A DNA stretch of 63,994 nt, counting the filler, from Lama guanicoe (taxonomy: Eukaryota), in the NCBI GenBank assembly GCA_013239625.1. It is 93 parts of 93 records of this genome, joined end to end, with 100 filler letters (N's around TTAATTAATTAA, not from the genome) between each part and the next. Parts side by side here need not be neighbours in the genome. Positions count along the whole stretch, not along the records: positions 35,923 to 36,431 come from PNXV01029158.1; positions 36,532 to 37,502 come from PNXV01029159.1; positions 37,603 to 38,055 come from PNXV01029161.1; positions 38,156 to 38,540 come from PNXV01029162.1; positions 38,641 to 39,186 come from PNXV01029163.1; positions 39,287 to 39,843 come from PNXV01029164.1; positions 39,944 to 40,431 come from PNXV01029165.1; positions 40,532 to 41,018 come from PNXV01029166.1; 85 more parts are not named here. One strand, written 5' to 3'. Position numbers and translations under genes: made by a program. The stretch's first letter is position 1. Each line of letters starts with the position of its first letter. The notes beneath the pieces are model-generated. The model ran no database searches and was not told the DNA's origin. It worked only from the letters and a program-made list of their open reading frames with translations. Positions 36,381 through 48,628 of this stretch are shown here, piece by piece.

Positions 36381-39300
36381 ATGTTCAAAGAAATCATAGC
36401 AACAATAAAAGCAATAAAACACTGATATGTANNNNNNNNNNNNNNNNNNNNNNNNNNNNNNNNNNNNNNNNNNNNTTAATTAATTAANNNNNNNNNNNNN
36501 NNNNNNNNNNNNNNNNNNNNNNNNNNNNNNNACTAAGCTCTCTGTCTTCTTGACAACCCTCCCAGCTTCTTCCCTTGCTCTAATAAAGTGGTCACGCTGC
36601 TTATAAGAAATAAATATGAAATAAGCATGAAAATATTTCTAAGAATTAAAACCAATTCTATAAAACACGTTGAGAATTAGTTAAATTTCTAATGACCTTT
36701 AAGCAAAAACAATTAGTGAAGAATTCAGAGAAGGATAGTGGGATTGAGAGAACAGTCACCTTAGGGTGACCAAAGAATCAAAGAACAGAGAGATGAGAGA
36801 GGTAAAGAAAGGTCTTCCTTTATTTAAACCTACACTGACTCTCTGTCTTAAGAGGTGATATAGTTTAACAGCAAAGCACAATGAGAACTATGCTGGCTAT
36901 GATTACGATTTTTTGTTCGTTATCTGCTAAGAGGAAAAATGGAGCTTTCTGAATCATTCACAGGTTTCTTCCTAGGATGGTAGATAAATGCTGATAAATG
37001 CAGAGTTCATGGGTTGTAATTTTTAATGACAAAGTAGGTCAAATAAAACAATTTTGTTATAAGAAATGAGTATGTTCACTTCATTTTAAAATATTTTTTA
37101 TTCAGTCCATCACCATGTAAATTGTGGAGATTACTCTGATGATCAGTACAAATCAGGATTTTTTTTGGCTAGCTCGTCTCTCTAAAGGTGGGTCAGAAAA
37201 TAACACAGAGCATTTTTACTGATTCTGAGTTCAAACACACTGTAACACCTGATTTCTTTGGCAATGGACATGTCTTCAGTGTCCTACAAGTCACATCTAG
37301 CTCCCTGGGTATCAAGGGGGGTAGAAATTATATGAAGGGGCTGAGAAGGGTATGAATATCATGAGAATGGTGAGGTGTGTCACCTGCAATACCACACAGC
37401 TTAACCCGTTCCTTTGAAAACAGTATCAAAAAATTCACTTACTTTCTTAAGATAGTCTTGATATTCCAGAGAGAATATTTAAATTATTTGAGGTAGACAG
37501 CTNNNNNNNNNNNNNNNNNNNNNNNNNNNNNNNNNNNNNNNNNNNNTTAATTAATTAANNNNNNNNNNNNNNNNNNNNNNNNNNNNNNNNNNNNNNNNNN
37601 NNACATTGAAATTGATCAAATTATACACCTGAAATTGATCAAGTCATATTAGTGGATGTAGTACATGCATATCTACTAAATAAGTACAGCACGCTCTTCC
37701 AATAAGAACACGGATACATTTGATTCTGATTACATACCCTGCATCTTTTCTCACCAGGCTGCTGTTAAAAATACATTAGCTATGAATAAATAAATAAAAG
37801 TCTTAGGCCTAATGTTGGACCTCAGTGTTTTCAAATTTTGCCTAACTTTGGTTTTCTTACTTGTTTTTCAGGAGATAACAGACACACTTTGCAAGGTCTG
37901 CTACCTCTGACATTAAATACAAAAAGCATTGCTCTGATCCTATTCTTGATTCCGTGGTTTCTTCTGATCTCAGGACTTCGTTAACTCTATTTTCCACTTC
38001 CCTCTCGTTTCATTTCTTCCCCTTGGTCTAATTTTTTTCTCTAAAAGCTACATCTNNNNNNNNNNNNNNNNNNNNNNNNNNNNNNNNNNNNNNNNNNNNT
38101 TAATTAATTAANNNNNNNNNNNNNNNNNNNNNNNNNNNNNNNNNNNNNNNNNNNNGCATGTCTCGACGATTCAACAAATAGGGCTGCTGAGAGAGATGAC
38201 TTCAGTTTTCTTTATTCACACGTTCGTAACAAAATTGGGAAAATCAGTGAGAGTATTTTATCTGTTTTGTTGACCCAATGGTAATACAACTTTCCATCAT
38301 AAAACCTGAATTTCAAGCACATGTCTTTTTCATTAGTGACGTGTGCAGAACTGGAAGAAGACAGTTTATGTGTTTATGTCCCTCCCGAGTCTCCAGGCCT
38401 GCAGCACGGTGTGCTGGGGAGTTGTCCTGCTGCTGCACCACCGCTGATCGTGTCTGAGCAGTGTCTGTCTGCTGTGGACCGAGGGGTGAGCTGAGGAGAA
38501 AACTTCCTACTGGTTGTGTTGGTACCTTCTAAGGGTCCTANNNNNNNNNNNNNNNNNNNNNNNNNNNNNNNNNNNNNNNNNNNNTTAATTAATTAANNNN
38601 NNNNNNNNNNNNNNNNNNNNNNNNNNNNNNNNNNNNNNNNTGGGGACTTCAGGCCTCACTTCTCTCCCTTTCCCTGACCTGAAAAACCTAAGCTGCTCAC
38701 CACTCCTTCCTCTGTGTGCTTCCCCCTCCCCTGCAAAGGTGGGAAAGGTAGCCACTCCCCATTTCAGGGTGAAGGAGGCCCACCAGTAGCAACAGCTTCC
38801 ATCTGGGCTCATTATTCTGGGATTTTACTACTTTTTCCTGATGGTTTACTAAGGACTGGGTTCCTTGCTTGGTTTTGTTTGTTTGTTTTTGCTCACTGTT
38901 ACCTTTCTTTCCATCCATACTAGCACTCAGATGGATTTCAGTCAAGTGACAGTTTATTTCTAGACAATGTATTCTAGAAATAAGCAACTTCTGGGACTTT
39001 GAAAATAAGCTTTGTGAGACTAAGAATAAAATAGTCAGAATATTGTCACTTGGTGGAGATGATTTTTTGTTGTTTTATTTGGGAAACTCTTACTTAACCA
39101 CGTGCTCTAAAATTCTATCCTCTGCTATCTGTTTACGGACTGTGCAGGTTACAGAGCCCAGAAAATGATTTCAAAGATTTTCTGTANNNNNNNNNNNNNN
39201 NNNNNNNNNNNNNNNNNNNNNNNNNNNNNNTTAATTAATTAANNNNNNNNNNNNNNNNNNNNNNNNNNNNNNNNNNNNNNNNNNNNTCCAGTTACAAAAG

Positions 39301-41904
39301 AACTAAATGTCGTTCTCTCATTATTTTTCTCCCACGTACAGCAAACTGCTCAGAGAGGTTCATACTCCTTACATTGGTGGAGTCATCTGCCTAAAAGAAA
39401 ATATCTGACACCCCATCCACTGCACAGACAGTTCTCTTCTGATATATAAGTTGCTGGTACTATGCACTGTCCTTGTCCCACAGTACCACTTGGCAAAGGG
39501 ATTTTTTGTCAATAACCAACAGACTTTGTTCACTGGACACGTTTATCATTTACTTCATTTACTTTGCACTAGCTTTATGAACTTCTCAGAAGTACTGTGT
39601 CAGTCTCTTTTGGTTACAAGAAATGCAACTTTGAAAGATGCTGCTGTAGTTTTGGCCTCTTCTTTATCATTTTGGACAATATTAATTTAATATAGGAAAG
39701 CATTTTGGAAGTATTCCGTGATGTCTCAATCAGATTGCTAGAAAGTATGCTTTAAAGATGAAGATGCAACTAATTAACATTTTATGACAAAAACACACTG
39801 AACATAGGGGTAAACAGATTATTGGTTTCATAAAATATAGTATNNNNNNNNNNNNNNNNNNNNNNNNNNNNNNNNNNNNNNNNNNNNTTAATTAATTAAN
39901 NNNNNNNNNNNNNNNNNNNNNNNNNNNNNNNNNNNNNNNNNNNTGACAATTTCTGCAACACTTTACAGCTTTGCCCCCAGCTACTGTCAAACAAGCTCTT
40001 AATACAGTCAGATGAAATTCAGCTATTTCTGTTACGCAGCCCCTTTACTGAGTGACTAGAAATATTAATAAAGATGAATTGTATATTCATACAGCAAAAA
40101 TAATATATTAAAGTGTTACCATTTGGACTAGAAAGCATAAAAGCTGGGAAAAAGACATCAGAGTTGCTGTCCACTGTACAAATTCAGAAGCACAAGGGAG
40201 CTAATTTAATGATAATAGAAGAGAAGCTTAGTAGAGCAGAGTCTCTGGTGTATTTAACCTTTCCCCTCTTTAATTTGCCAGAGCATGTATGCCTAGTGGT
40301 GTCAAGTCAGTGGAACGCTAAATTTAGTGTCAAATTTGTAATATTATCCCTAACCCATGAAAAAATTAAATTAATATGTAAGTAGATAAAGAAGATGAAG
40401 CACTGCAGCTTGCTGGGGTTTTATTTTAAAGNNNNNNNNNNNNNNNNNNNNNNNNNNNNNNNNNNNNNNNNNNNNTTAATTAATTAANNNNNNNNNNNNN
40501 NNNNNNNNNNNNNNNNNNNNNNNNNNNNNNNAGGAAAATGAAGTGTTATAAGGGACCAGACCCAGATCCTTACTGACTTACAAGGCCAGGACAAAGAGTT
40601 GGGCTTAACTCTGAAAGAAATGGGGAGTCAACCGGAAGCATTTTCAAACTTTTGGATTTTGCCAATTGAACAAATTTTTTAAAAAATGGCTTTTCAGTGG
40701 TTTAAGTTGTATTTTTTCTTCTTAGAAAGGTTGAGCATCTTTTCGTGTCTAAATGTCATCTACATTTCCTTTTCTTAGGCTGTATTCAAATCCTTTCCCC
40801 ATTTTGAGGAGATTTGTTGGTCTTTTACATGTTGAGTCATAGAAGCTTTTTCTGTTGAGGAAATTAGCCTTTGGTCTGTTATTTTATTAGAATTCAGTTA
40901 ACATCTGAAATGGTCTAACCACCAGGGTTTTGCTTTTGTTTGTTGCATTTCAAACTTAAGGACCTTAGTAATGACGTTGCAATTGTATATGGAAATTCAT
41001 GATTCTCCACCCCGTGTCNNNNNNNNNNNNNNNNNNNNNNNNNNNNNNNNNNNNNNNNNNNNTTAATTAATTAANNNNNNNNNNNNNNNNNNNNNNNNNN
41101 NNNNNNNNNNNNNNNNNNAATGCTCAGTGGATCCACAGGAAGACAAGTGTGAGAAAACTCAGCATGGTGCTACTTTTGTTGGCAGGAAATTGCACCAAAG
41201 CCGGCATCCACCCCAAGAGAAGTAGACGGTAAGATGTGTCGCTGCTCACCTTGCAGTACATATATCAGCAGAAACAACAGACTAACTGTATCCACAACAA
41301 CTTGGGTAGATCTTTAAAATACATTGCTCCATGAATACAGCGGAAATTGCAACAAGATATATAACATAGTTCTTTTGTGTATGTTAAAATATGGTCACAA
41401 ACAACAATGCATCTTCTGTAAGAATATACCAACCACAGTCTATACAGCAAAGGTGTTGAGAGGGAAGGGGAAACAGAGGAAACGGGAAAGAGGAAAAAGA
41501 AAACGAATGAACAAAACAAGAACTGTGCCTTGTGAAGACTAATAATAATAACGCACCAAGTATTGACAAATAAGATTCACCCAACCCTTGGCACCTAAAG
41601 TTAAAAAGTAGAAAATTGTTATGCATTTCAGGTATTTCTATAGGTTTGCTGTAGATGGTTTGGCATAAGCTTAGTTTAAGTGTTAAACACCTTTAATTCA
41701 TTTAATAATTTTTCCTGTTGATGGCTATTAGCTTGGTTCCATTTTCTTCTATTACAAATAGTGCTGCAATGAGTAGCCTTCTGGGCCAAGTGCANNNNNN
41801 NNNNNNNNNNNNNNNNNNNNNNNNNNNNNNNNNNNNNNTTAATTAATTAANNNNNNNNNNNNNNNNNNNNNNNNNNNNNNNNNNNNNNNNNNNNAATTCA
41901 GGCA

Positions 41905-42222
41905 CAAGTGTCCTCATAAGAGAGAGGCACAGAGAGATCTGACTTACTGACAGAGAGAAGACAGTGGGACCACAGAGAAAGAGCTTGGAGGCGTCAGGCA
42001 CAAGCATGGAATGCCAGCCGCCACCAAAAGCTGGAAGAGGCAATGAAAACTTCTTTCTTGGAAACTCCAGAGGAAATGTGGTCCTGCTGACACCTTGATT
42101 TTGTACCAATCGCACTGATTTCCAGCTTCTGGCCTCTAGCACAATAAGAGGATAAAAACATTCTGTTGTTCTAAGCCACCACCATTTGGTTATTGGTTCC
42201 AGAGCCGCAGGAAACAAACATA
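41905..42222 (+). mobile_element. MLT1B/C-like MaLR LTR
   Basis: 'gtgtcctcataagagagagg...ccaccaaaagctggaagaggcaa...cctgctgacaccttgatttt...cttctggcctctagcac...ttctgttgttctaagccacc'. Confidence 0.88.
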
Positions 42223-42939
42223 TCTGTCATCTGCAACGTGCCTGCTTTTTGTGGGTCCAACAAGATCGTAATAATACGCTAGTCAAAAGCCGAAGATGCA
42301 ATTTCTTGTGCGGTCTAGGGAAGTTAGTAAAACCCATGGATTTTCTTTGTTGTATTTATTGTGACATTCTTTTACCTTCAAAAGTCAGAAAAGCCTCCTG
42401 AATACATAGATCTTCCTTTCCATCTATTAATATTTATTTTCCCCACCTTTTGAATTAATTCAGTGTCTACAGAGTAGTAGGTTTTATGCCTCTTCTACAC
42501 TTGACCTTGAAGCAGGACTTCTTCTTAATGAGCTGTACATTTTTCAAGATCTTATAACACCCCCTTTAATTCCATTAGACTCATTGGCCATATAGGCGCT
42601 ATTCATTCTAAATTTCAGTAAAATATACAAAATTACGTATTTATTGAATGCCGACCATAAGCAGGGAACTGTTTCACCTCCCCTTGTAAGCCAAGCACCT
42701 ATGGGCTTTGCCCCTGAGAATCTTATAATTTGTCTGGGGANNNNNNNNNNNNNNNNNNNNNNNNNNNNNNNNNNNNNNNNNNNNTTAATTAATTAANNNN
42801 NNNNNNNNNNNNNNNNNNNNNNNNNNNNNNNNNNNNNNNNTCCATTCTAAGGATTATACGTCCTTTTGTCGCTCAGATTTAATCAATTATAAAAGTCAGC
42901 ACCTCCCTCCCATATCTGGCTTCTCCGGGCCCAGGGGGG

Positions 42940-42956
42940 CACGTGCCATGCACGTG
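42940..42956. promoter_or_regulatory. Tandem canonical E-boxes spaced by 5 bp (ChoRE geometry)
   Basis: CACGTG (42940-42945) ccatg CACGTG (42951-42956). The motif is exact; its function is unproven. Confidence 0.45.
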
Positions 42957-44999
42957 GTGGTAGCGTCTTGCTTCTGCAGTGCAGCAGCTGTCTCTGAAGC
43001 CCTTCTGTGTGGATAACCTCACTCAGCAGCTGGATCAACTGCACCCCAGAGGTGAGGGGAGCTGAGAGATCTAGGTCACGCGTGAGAGAGAGGGTCCAGG
43101 CCCCCAGCTGGCTTTCACAGTTCCAGGAAGGCAGTCATTCCCCTTCGCAGATGAATCACAGTGGAGGTCTGGCGTTTGGCTGCTTGAATCAAGGCAAACG
43201 GTCAAAAATGCATGAACTGTCTGGTCACAGAAGCAGAGCACTTACCAACAAGGAAATATAACCATCTACCACCCTGCTGTGTTCAGACGGTGACTCTCTA
43301 CAGTGGTGATTTCAAGTGTCAGCGGCCCCCAGTCCCGGACCCCTTTTCATGTGAGAGAAATAAACCCGTTTCTAACTACAGAAAGTTGTCCTGTTATTGC
43401 AGCCAAGGAGAGCCCTGGACCAGAGATTGGACGTGACTCTCCAGCCAGACTCAGGCGCACTGGCTACCCCCACACCCCCAGTGCCCCTTCCCAGGGGGCC
43501 CAGAGACCCTGTCTCACANNNNNNNNNNNNNNNNNNNNNNNNNNNNNNNNNNNNNNNNNNNNTTAATTAATTAANNNNNNNNNNNNNNNNNNNNNNNNNN
43601 NNNNNNNNNNNNNNNNNNTCTTCACTCTCAGCAGGAAGCCTGCAGGCCCAGCCTTTTCCCTCTTTAGAACAGCTTCCAAGAAATGCAACTTAAACTCACC
43701 CAAACAGTTTCAGTTTCTCCTTCCGTGTCTCTCGAAACCAGCCCTTCACCAAACACTCCAGTATCTTCACTCTCCAGTGCAGAAGTTGTGATTCCTTAGG
43801 GAAGGGTGAAGACAGGGCCTGGGCACATGTGTTCAGCATTCACTCACCAAACCAGGGGCCTGATCTTCGCCAAGAAGATTCCCCTTAGAAGAAGCTGTAA
43901 GATGAAAGTAAAGTCTTGTGGGTGGAGTACAAGCAGGAAATGAGAAGTGACCCTAGACCAGTGGGAGGCCTCCTCACAGCGCCCCCTGGAAATGACAAGG
44001 CTTTTGTGCCTGAGCCTGCTGGGCCAGGGAATGTATTTTTATTCCTGTCTCCTGTGTTCTCATGGCTCTTCAAACTAATCCATGCTTTGAAGAAGTCGGC
44101 TNNNNNNNNNNNNNNNNNNNNNNNNNNNNNNNNNNNNNNNNNNNNTTAATTAATTAANNNNNNNNNNNNNNNNNNNNNNNNNNNNNNNNNNNNNNNNNNN
44201 NCAATATTTCATCAGTTCCCAGCACACTTGGTGCCTTGGAAATATCCTCCCTAATCTTTCTCCCCGCTGAAGTGTGTATAAACAAAACTAATTCCTTGTT
44301 AGACGCTGATTGTAACTACCATATGACTGTGCCTCTGAAACTTTCTGACAACATGACCCATATGTCAAGGTCTTTCCTTAACTGTCTGGTTATCCTAACG
44401 GGAGGATTGTTTTTTCCTTCCTCCTGCCGACTGCACCCAGCGCATTTTGTAAGCTAAACACCTGCTATAAAAATGTCTTCAGTATCACTGAAGATGCCCA
44501 GCAATGGTCCAGTGATAATAGTTGTAACATGTAGCCCTGCAAAAGCGTCATCAGTATTGGTTGTGCGAGGCAGGAAAGTCTCCCTCACCTTTGGTATATT
44601 ACTGAATGATCTCGTTTTACGTGGGTTAATTCAGAAATATACCAGAGTTGAAAAACCTTCTGGAAAACAAACAAACCCAAGTGACATTGATTAATGTTTA
44701 TACTCATATGAATATCTCTGAAAGCCTTGGGGAATGTGCAAGGGGTATATGCAAAATTTCAAGGAAGAACTTTAAGCGTAGGTGAGAGAGCATGCAGGCT
44801 GAGAGAAGGAGATCGGTTCTAAGCTGAGCTCACGTCTTTAGGATTGTTGGAGAACAATGGTTCTGCATGCAGTGTTGGGGCTCTTAATTTACCCTGACCC
44901 AGGGTAATGGACACTGCGGTGTGCTGCTGAGGCCCTTCACTGCAGGACCACCCCCTAGCTGACAAAATATTGATGGCTAAGGACTCACAGCTGAGTCTG

Positions 45000-45187
45000 C
45001 TTCCTAGCTCTACTCTTGGCACCAAATATCCTGAGTTGCGTCCCGTTATGGAAATTGTCCTTGGCAGAGGGGGACTGCCTCAGTCAAGCGTATACTCTGG
45101 TCCCTGTGGGACTGGCTGAGGCTTCTGTTGAAATACACCTTAGTTCATTTTCTCTCTTTGTGCAATCCCATTTCCTTCACCTCCCTG
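45000..45187 (+). mobile_element. ERVL LTR (LTR16/LTR33-like) fragment
   Basis: 'ggaaattgtccttggcagagggggactgcctc...ttctctctttgtgcaatcccatttccttcacctccc'. Confidence 0.55.
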
Positions 45188-45619
45188 NNNNNNNNNNNNN
45201 NNNNNNNNNNNNNNNNNNNNNNNNNNNNNNNTTAATTAATTAANNNNNNNNNNNNNNNNNNNNNNNNNNNNNNNNNNNNNNNNNNNNGAAATGAGAGGAG
45301 GTGGGAGAAAATAAAATGTTTTTGGTTATTTAAATACTATTTTATATATTAATATAATTAAATCTGTAGTGTTTATATATAAGCATATGTACTTTTAAAG
45401 CAAAAATACTTAAATAATGCTATTTAACATTTAATATTATTTTAATAATAACTCAGGGATACTGTTTTGCCAGTGACCAGCCATTTATATAAGTATATAA
45501 AAATTAATGATTGTACCATCACACAGCATATTAGTGATCAAATGAAAGCACAATTTCCTAGTCATTCACTTCTTGTTTTTATTTCTAGCTTCTATCCAGG
45601 GGAATTGGCCACTTTTGTC

Positions 45620-45814
45620 TGACTGGCGCCTGGTCAGCACAGCGGAGGTGGGCGTCCCTGTCCGGTTCACACGGACCCCACTCTACAGCAGCGAAGCGGC
45701 GCCGGTCGCCTTAGTAGCGTCCGCCCCGGGCGAAGGGAGCCGGCGACGCCGGGGGACTGGCGACAGCCACTCCTTCTCCAGACCGCTCCAGGCCCCTGGA
45801 GGGTCTCACCGGTT
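45620..45814. promoter_or_regulatory. CpG-island edge of an unidentified promoter
   Basis: Abrupt switch from very AT-rich to CpG-dense sequence; GC box CCGCCC at 45721-45726. Confidence 0.65.
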
Positions 45815-46616
45815 NNNNNNNNNNNNNNNNNNNNNNNNNNNNNNNNNNNNNNNNNNNNTTAATTAATTAANNNNNNNNNNNNNNNNNNNNNNNNNNNNNN
45901 NNNNNNNNNNNNNNAAGTGGCTTAAGATGCTTCCAGTAAACATCAGGGAGGGACCATGAAGTAACACACGGAGTGTGTATGTGTGCTCTGTGATTCCTGG
46001 AAGATGCGTTGGTAAGGCAGGAAACAGTCAGCAACCAACTCAAAAGGCAGCTTCAGGAGGGATGATCAAAGGACTGAGCTTCTTAAGTGTCCCTGCCTCT
46101 TCTGTTTTGAATTTCATCATGTGATCTCCGAACCAGAGAAATTTTCTTTTTAAACTTACACTGCGAAGCTCGGAAAGCTGCAGATTACTGCCCTGTCCTT
46201 GAACACTAACACAGTATTTTCTATGTAACATTTCTAATATTTAATATTTAGGAATTTTAGCCAGTATGTGTCTAAATATGCATTTTTCCCTCTTTGTAAA
46301 CATTAACAAAGCTTTCTCCAGGAAATCTACTTGACATTCTAACTCACTGCGAACATCTACAATTTCAAGCTAGTATTGGCAACCTATTTCCTGAAAAATA
46401 TGACTGGAATAAATCACGTCTAGTAGCCTGCATAACCTATGCCTTTAAATCCTGTATATATACCATGATACTAACTGCAAGAGCTTATATTCAAGTTGCT
46501 TTGAAGATACTGATTTNNNNNNNNNNNNNNNNNNNNNNNNNNNNNNNNNNNNNNNNNNNNTTAATTAATTAANNNNNNNNNNNNNNNNNNNNNNNNNNNN
46601 NNNNNNNNNNNNNNNN

Positions 46617-47035
46617 CATCACCAGGTGACTGGATTAACGAAATCTGTGTGGTGGAATATTATCACCCATAAAAAAGGAGTGAAGTACTTTATATATGCT
46701 ACAACATGGATGATCCTGGAGGATATTATGCTAATTGAAAGAAGCCAGACGCTGAAGTTCACAGGTCATATGATTACTTTTATATGAAATACAGAGTAGG
46801 CAACTCCACAGAGACAGAAACTAGATTAGTGGTTTCCAGGGATGAGGGAGAAGGGAACAGGGAGTGACTGCTAACAGGCACAGGTTCTGTTTTGGAATGA
46901 TGGAAATGTTCTGGAGTTAAGTAATGGTGAATTTGCACAACATTGAAAATATACTTTAAAAACACACACACTTGAAAATTGCATACTTTAAAATAGTGAA
47001 TTTTATAGTACCTGAATTTTACCTCAATACAAAAA
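46617..47035 (+). mobile_element. L1MB-type 3' end
   Basis: 'tgctacaacatggatgatcctggaggatattatgctaattgaaagaagccagac...gagtgactgctaacaggcacagg...ttttacctcaatacaaaaa'. Confidence 0.9.
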
Positions 47036-48612
47036 CTTTCTAGTCTGTCCCACTGATCTGTCTGTTCCTTATACCATCACCACCCTGTCTTGACTACTGT
47101 AACTTTATTGTAAGCTTAGAAGTCAGAGTAAGTTTTCTAACTTTATTCTTCTTTTTCCAGATCGCACTGGCTAGTTTGTTATACTCCTTGCTTTTAGAAA
47201 TCTGAATGCATGCCTTTCCCTTTCACAGCAAGCATACATCAGCAGAGGAGAGCATTCTCGTACCTGCCCCCATTTCTTAGCATTGCAAATTGAAAATAAT
47301 GTGTGCTAGGTGGCTATNNNNNNNNNNNNNNNNNNNNNNNNNNNNNNNNNNNNNNNNNNNNTTAATTAATTAANNNNNNNNNNNNNNNNNNNNNNNNNNN
47401 NNNNNNNNNNNNNNNNNCGCAGCCTGAAGAACCCTGCTTTTAGAAAATAGATGCCACCAAGCCCCCTCTTTAAGAACACTCCTCACTTGCTTCCCATGCC
47501 CGATGGAGCCCCAGACTCTTGACCAGGCTCGCAGGCTCTTGACGAGGCCATAGTCTCATTCCAGGGGCTCCTTGGTTGACAGAGGCCACGCATGTTCCCA
47601 TCCCGCTGGGTGGAGGCTCACTGAGGGCCCCTGCATGTGCATCCTGGCACCCTACACTTGAGAGGTGTGCTGTGCGTTTGACCAGGCTCCACTGGTCACT
47701 GGCGTCCTGTGTCCCGGGCAACTGACCAAGGGACACAGGCTTCTTGTTAACTCCTCACGACAACCTGAAGCAGCAGGAGTGGCTCGTGCCGTTCCTTAGA
47801 TGAGGAAACAGTCTCAGGGAGACTCAGTGCCCGTCTAACTTTCTTGTTATTTCACAGCCTTTCAGCAGCCAGTTTGTGAGCNNNNNNNNNNNNNNNNNNN
47901 NNNNNNNNNNNNNNNNNNNNNNNNNTTAATTAATTAANNNNNNNNNNNNNNNNNNNNNNNNNNNNNNNNNNNNNNNNNNNNTCCTCGATTTGATCTTTTT
48001 TTGGTTTTCTTCCTCATATATCAGTGTTTGCAACCTCTACTTGATGAGTAGTTTCGAAGGTGAGGCCAAAAATATCTGAGCTCTGGAGACCTTCCTAGGT
48101 GCACATGTCCTTCTAAAGCATCTCTTGATACATAGAGAAGCAAAGGGAAGGTAAGAGTCACTCTCCACCCAGCTTTTCCAGAGTGCCACCAGTGAGGGCA
48201 TTCCTTGAAAGCCTGGGCAAGGGATTCTTGGCTAGTGGGCCAGAAGAGGCGATGGGATTCCACATCTCTGTTTAGCTTATGGGCAAAGAATTTAAATACT
48301 TACAGGAGCTTGATAGATTACTTCACCAATGATGCTAAAGTTAGAGGCATAGGACCCTGCTCCACATGCAGGCAAGCACCAAACTAATAACTGGGCCTCT
48401 ATGAGCAGGAATAGCAATTAACTTGGGTAAAAATCTATTTTATTGACAGTTGCACCCCTCCATTTGCAGTCTGTCTCCCAAGAGGAAAACCAATCACAAT
48501 ACAAGAGACAATCAGAGCAAAACAGCATCCCCCAAAATGGTATTCTTTAGTTGTGCTCCGAGAAGCGTCGATGATTCACCTAGATGGATCTAGAGAAGAA
48601 TAGCAGCGCTCC

Positions 48613-48628
48613 AGGTCATTCCAGGTCA
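48613..48628 (+). promoter_or_regulatory. Perfect DR4 nuclear-receptor motif (AGGTCA-ttcc-AGGTCA)
   Basis: Arises from a tandem 10-mer, CCAGGTCATT x2 (48611-48630). The motif is exact; its function is unproven. Confidence 0.4.
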
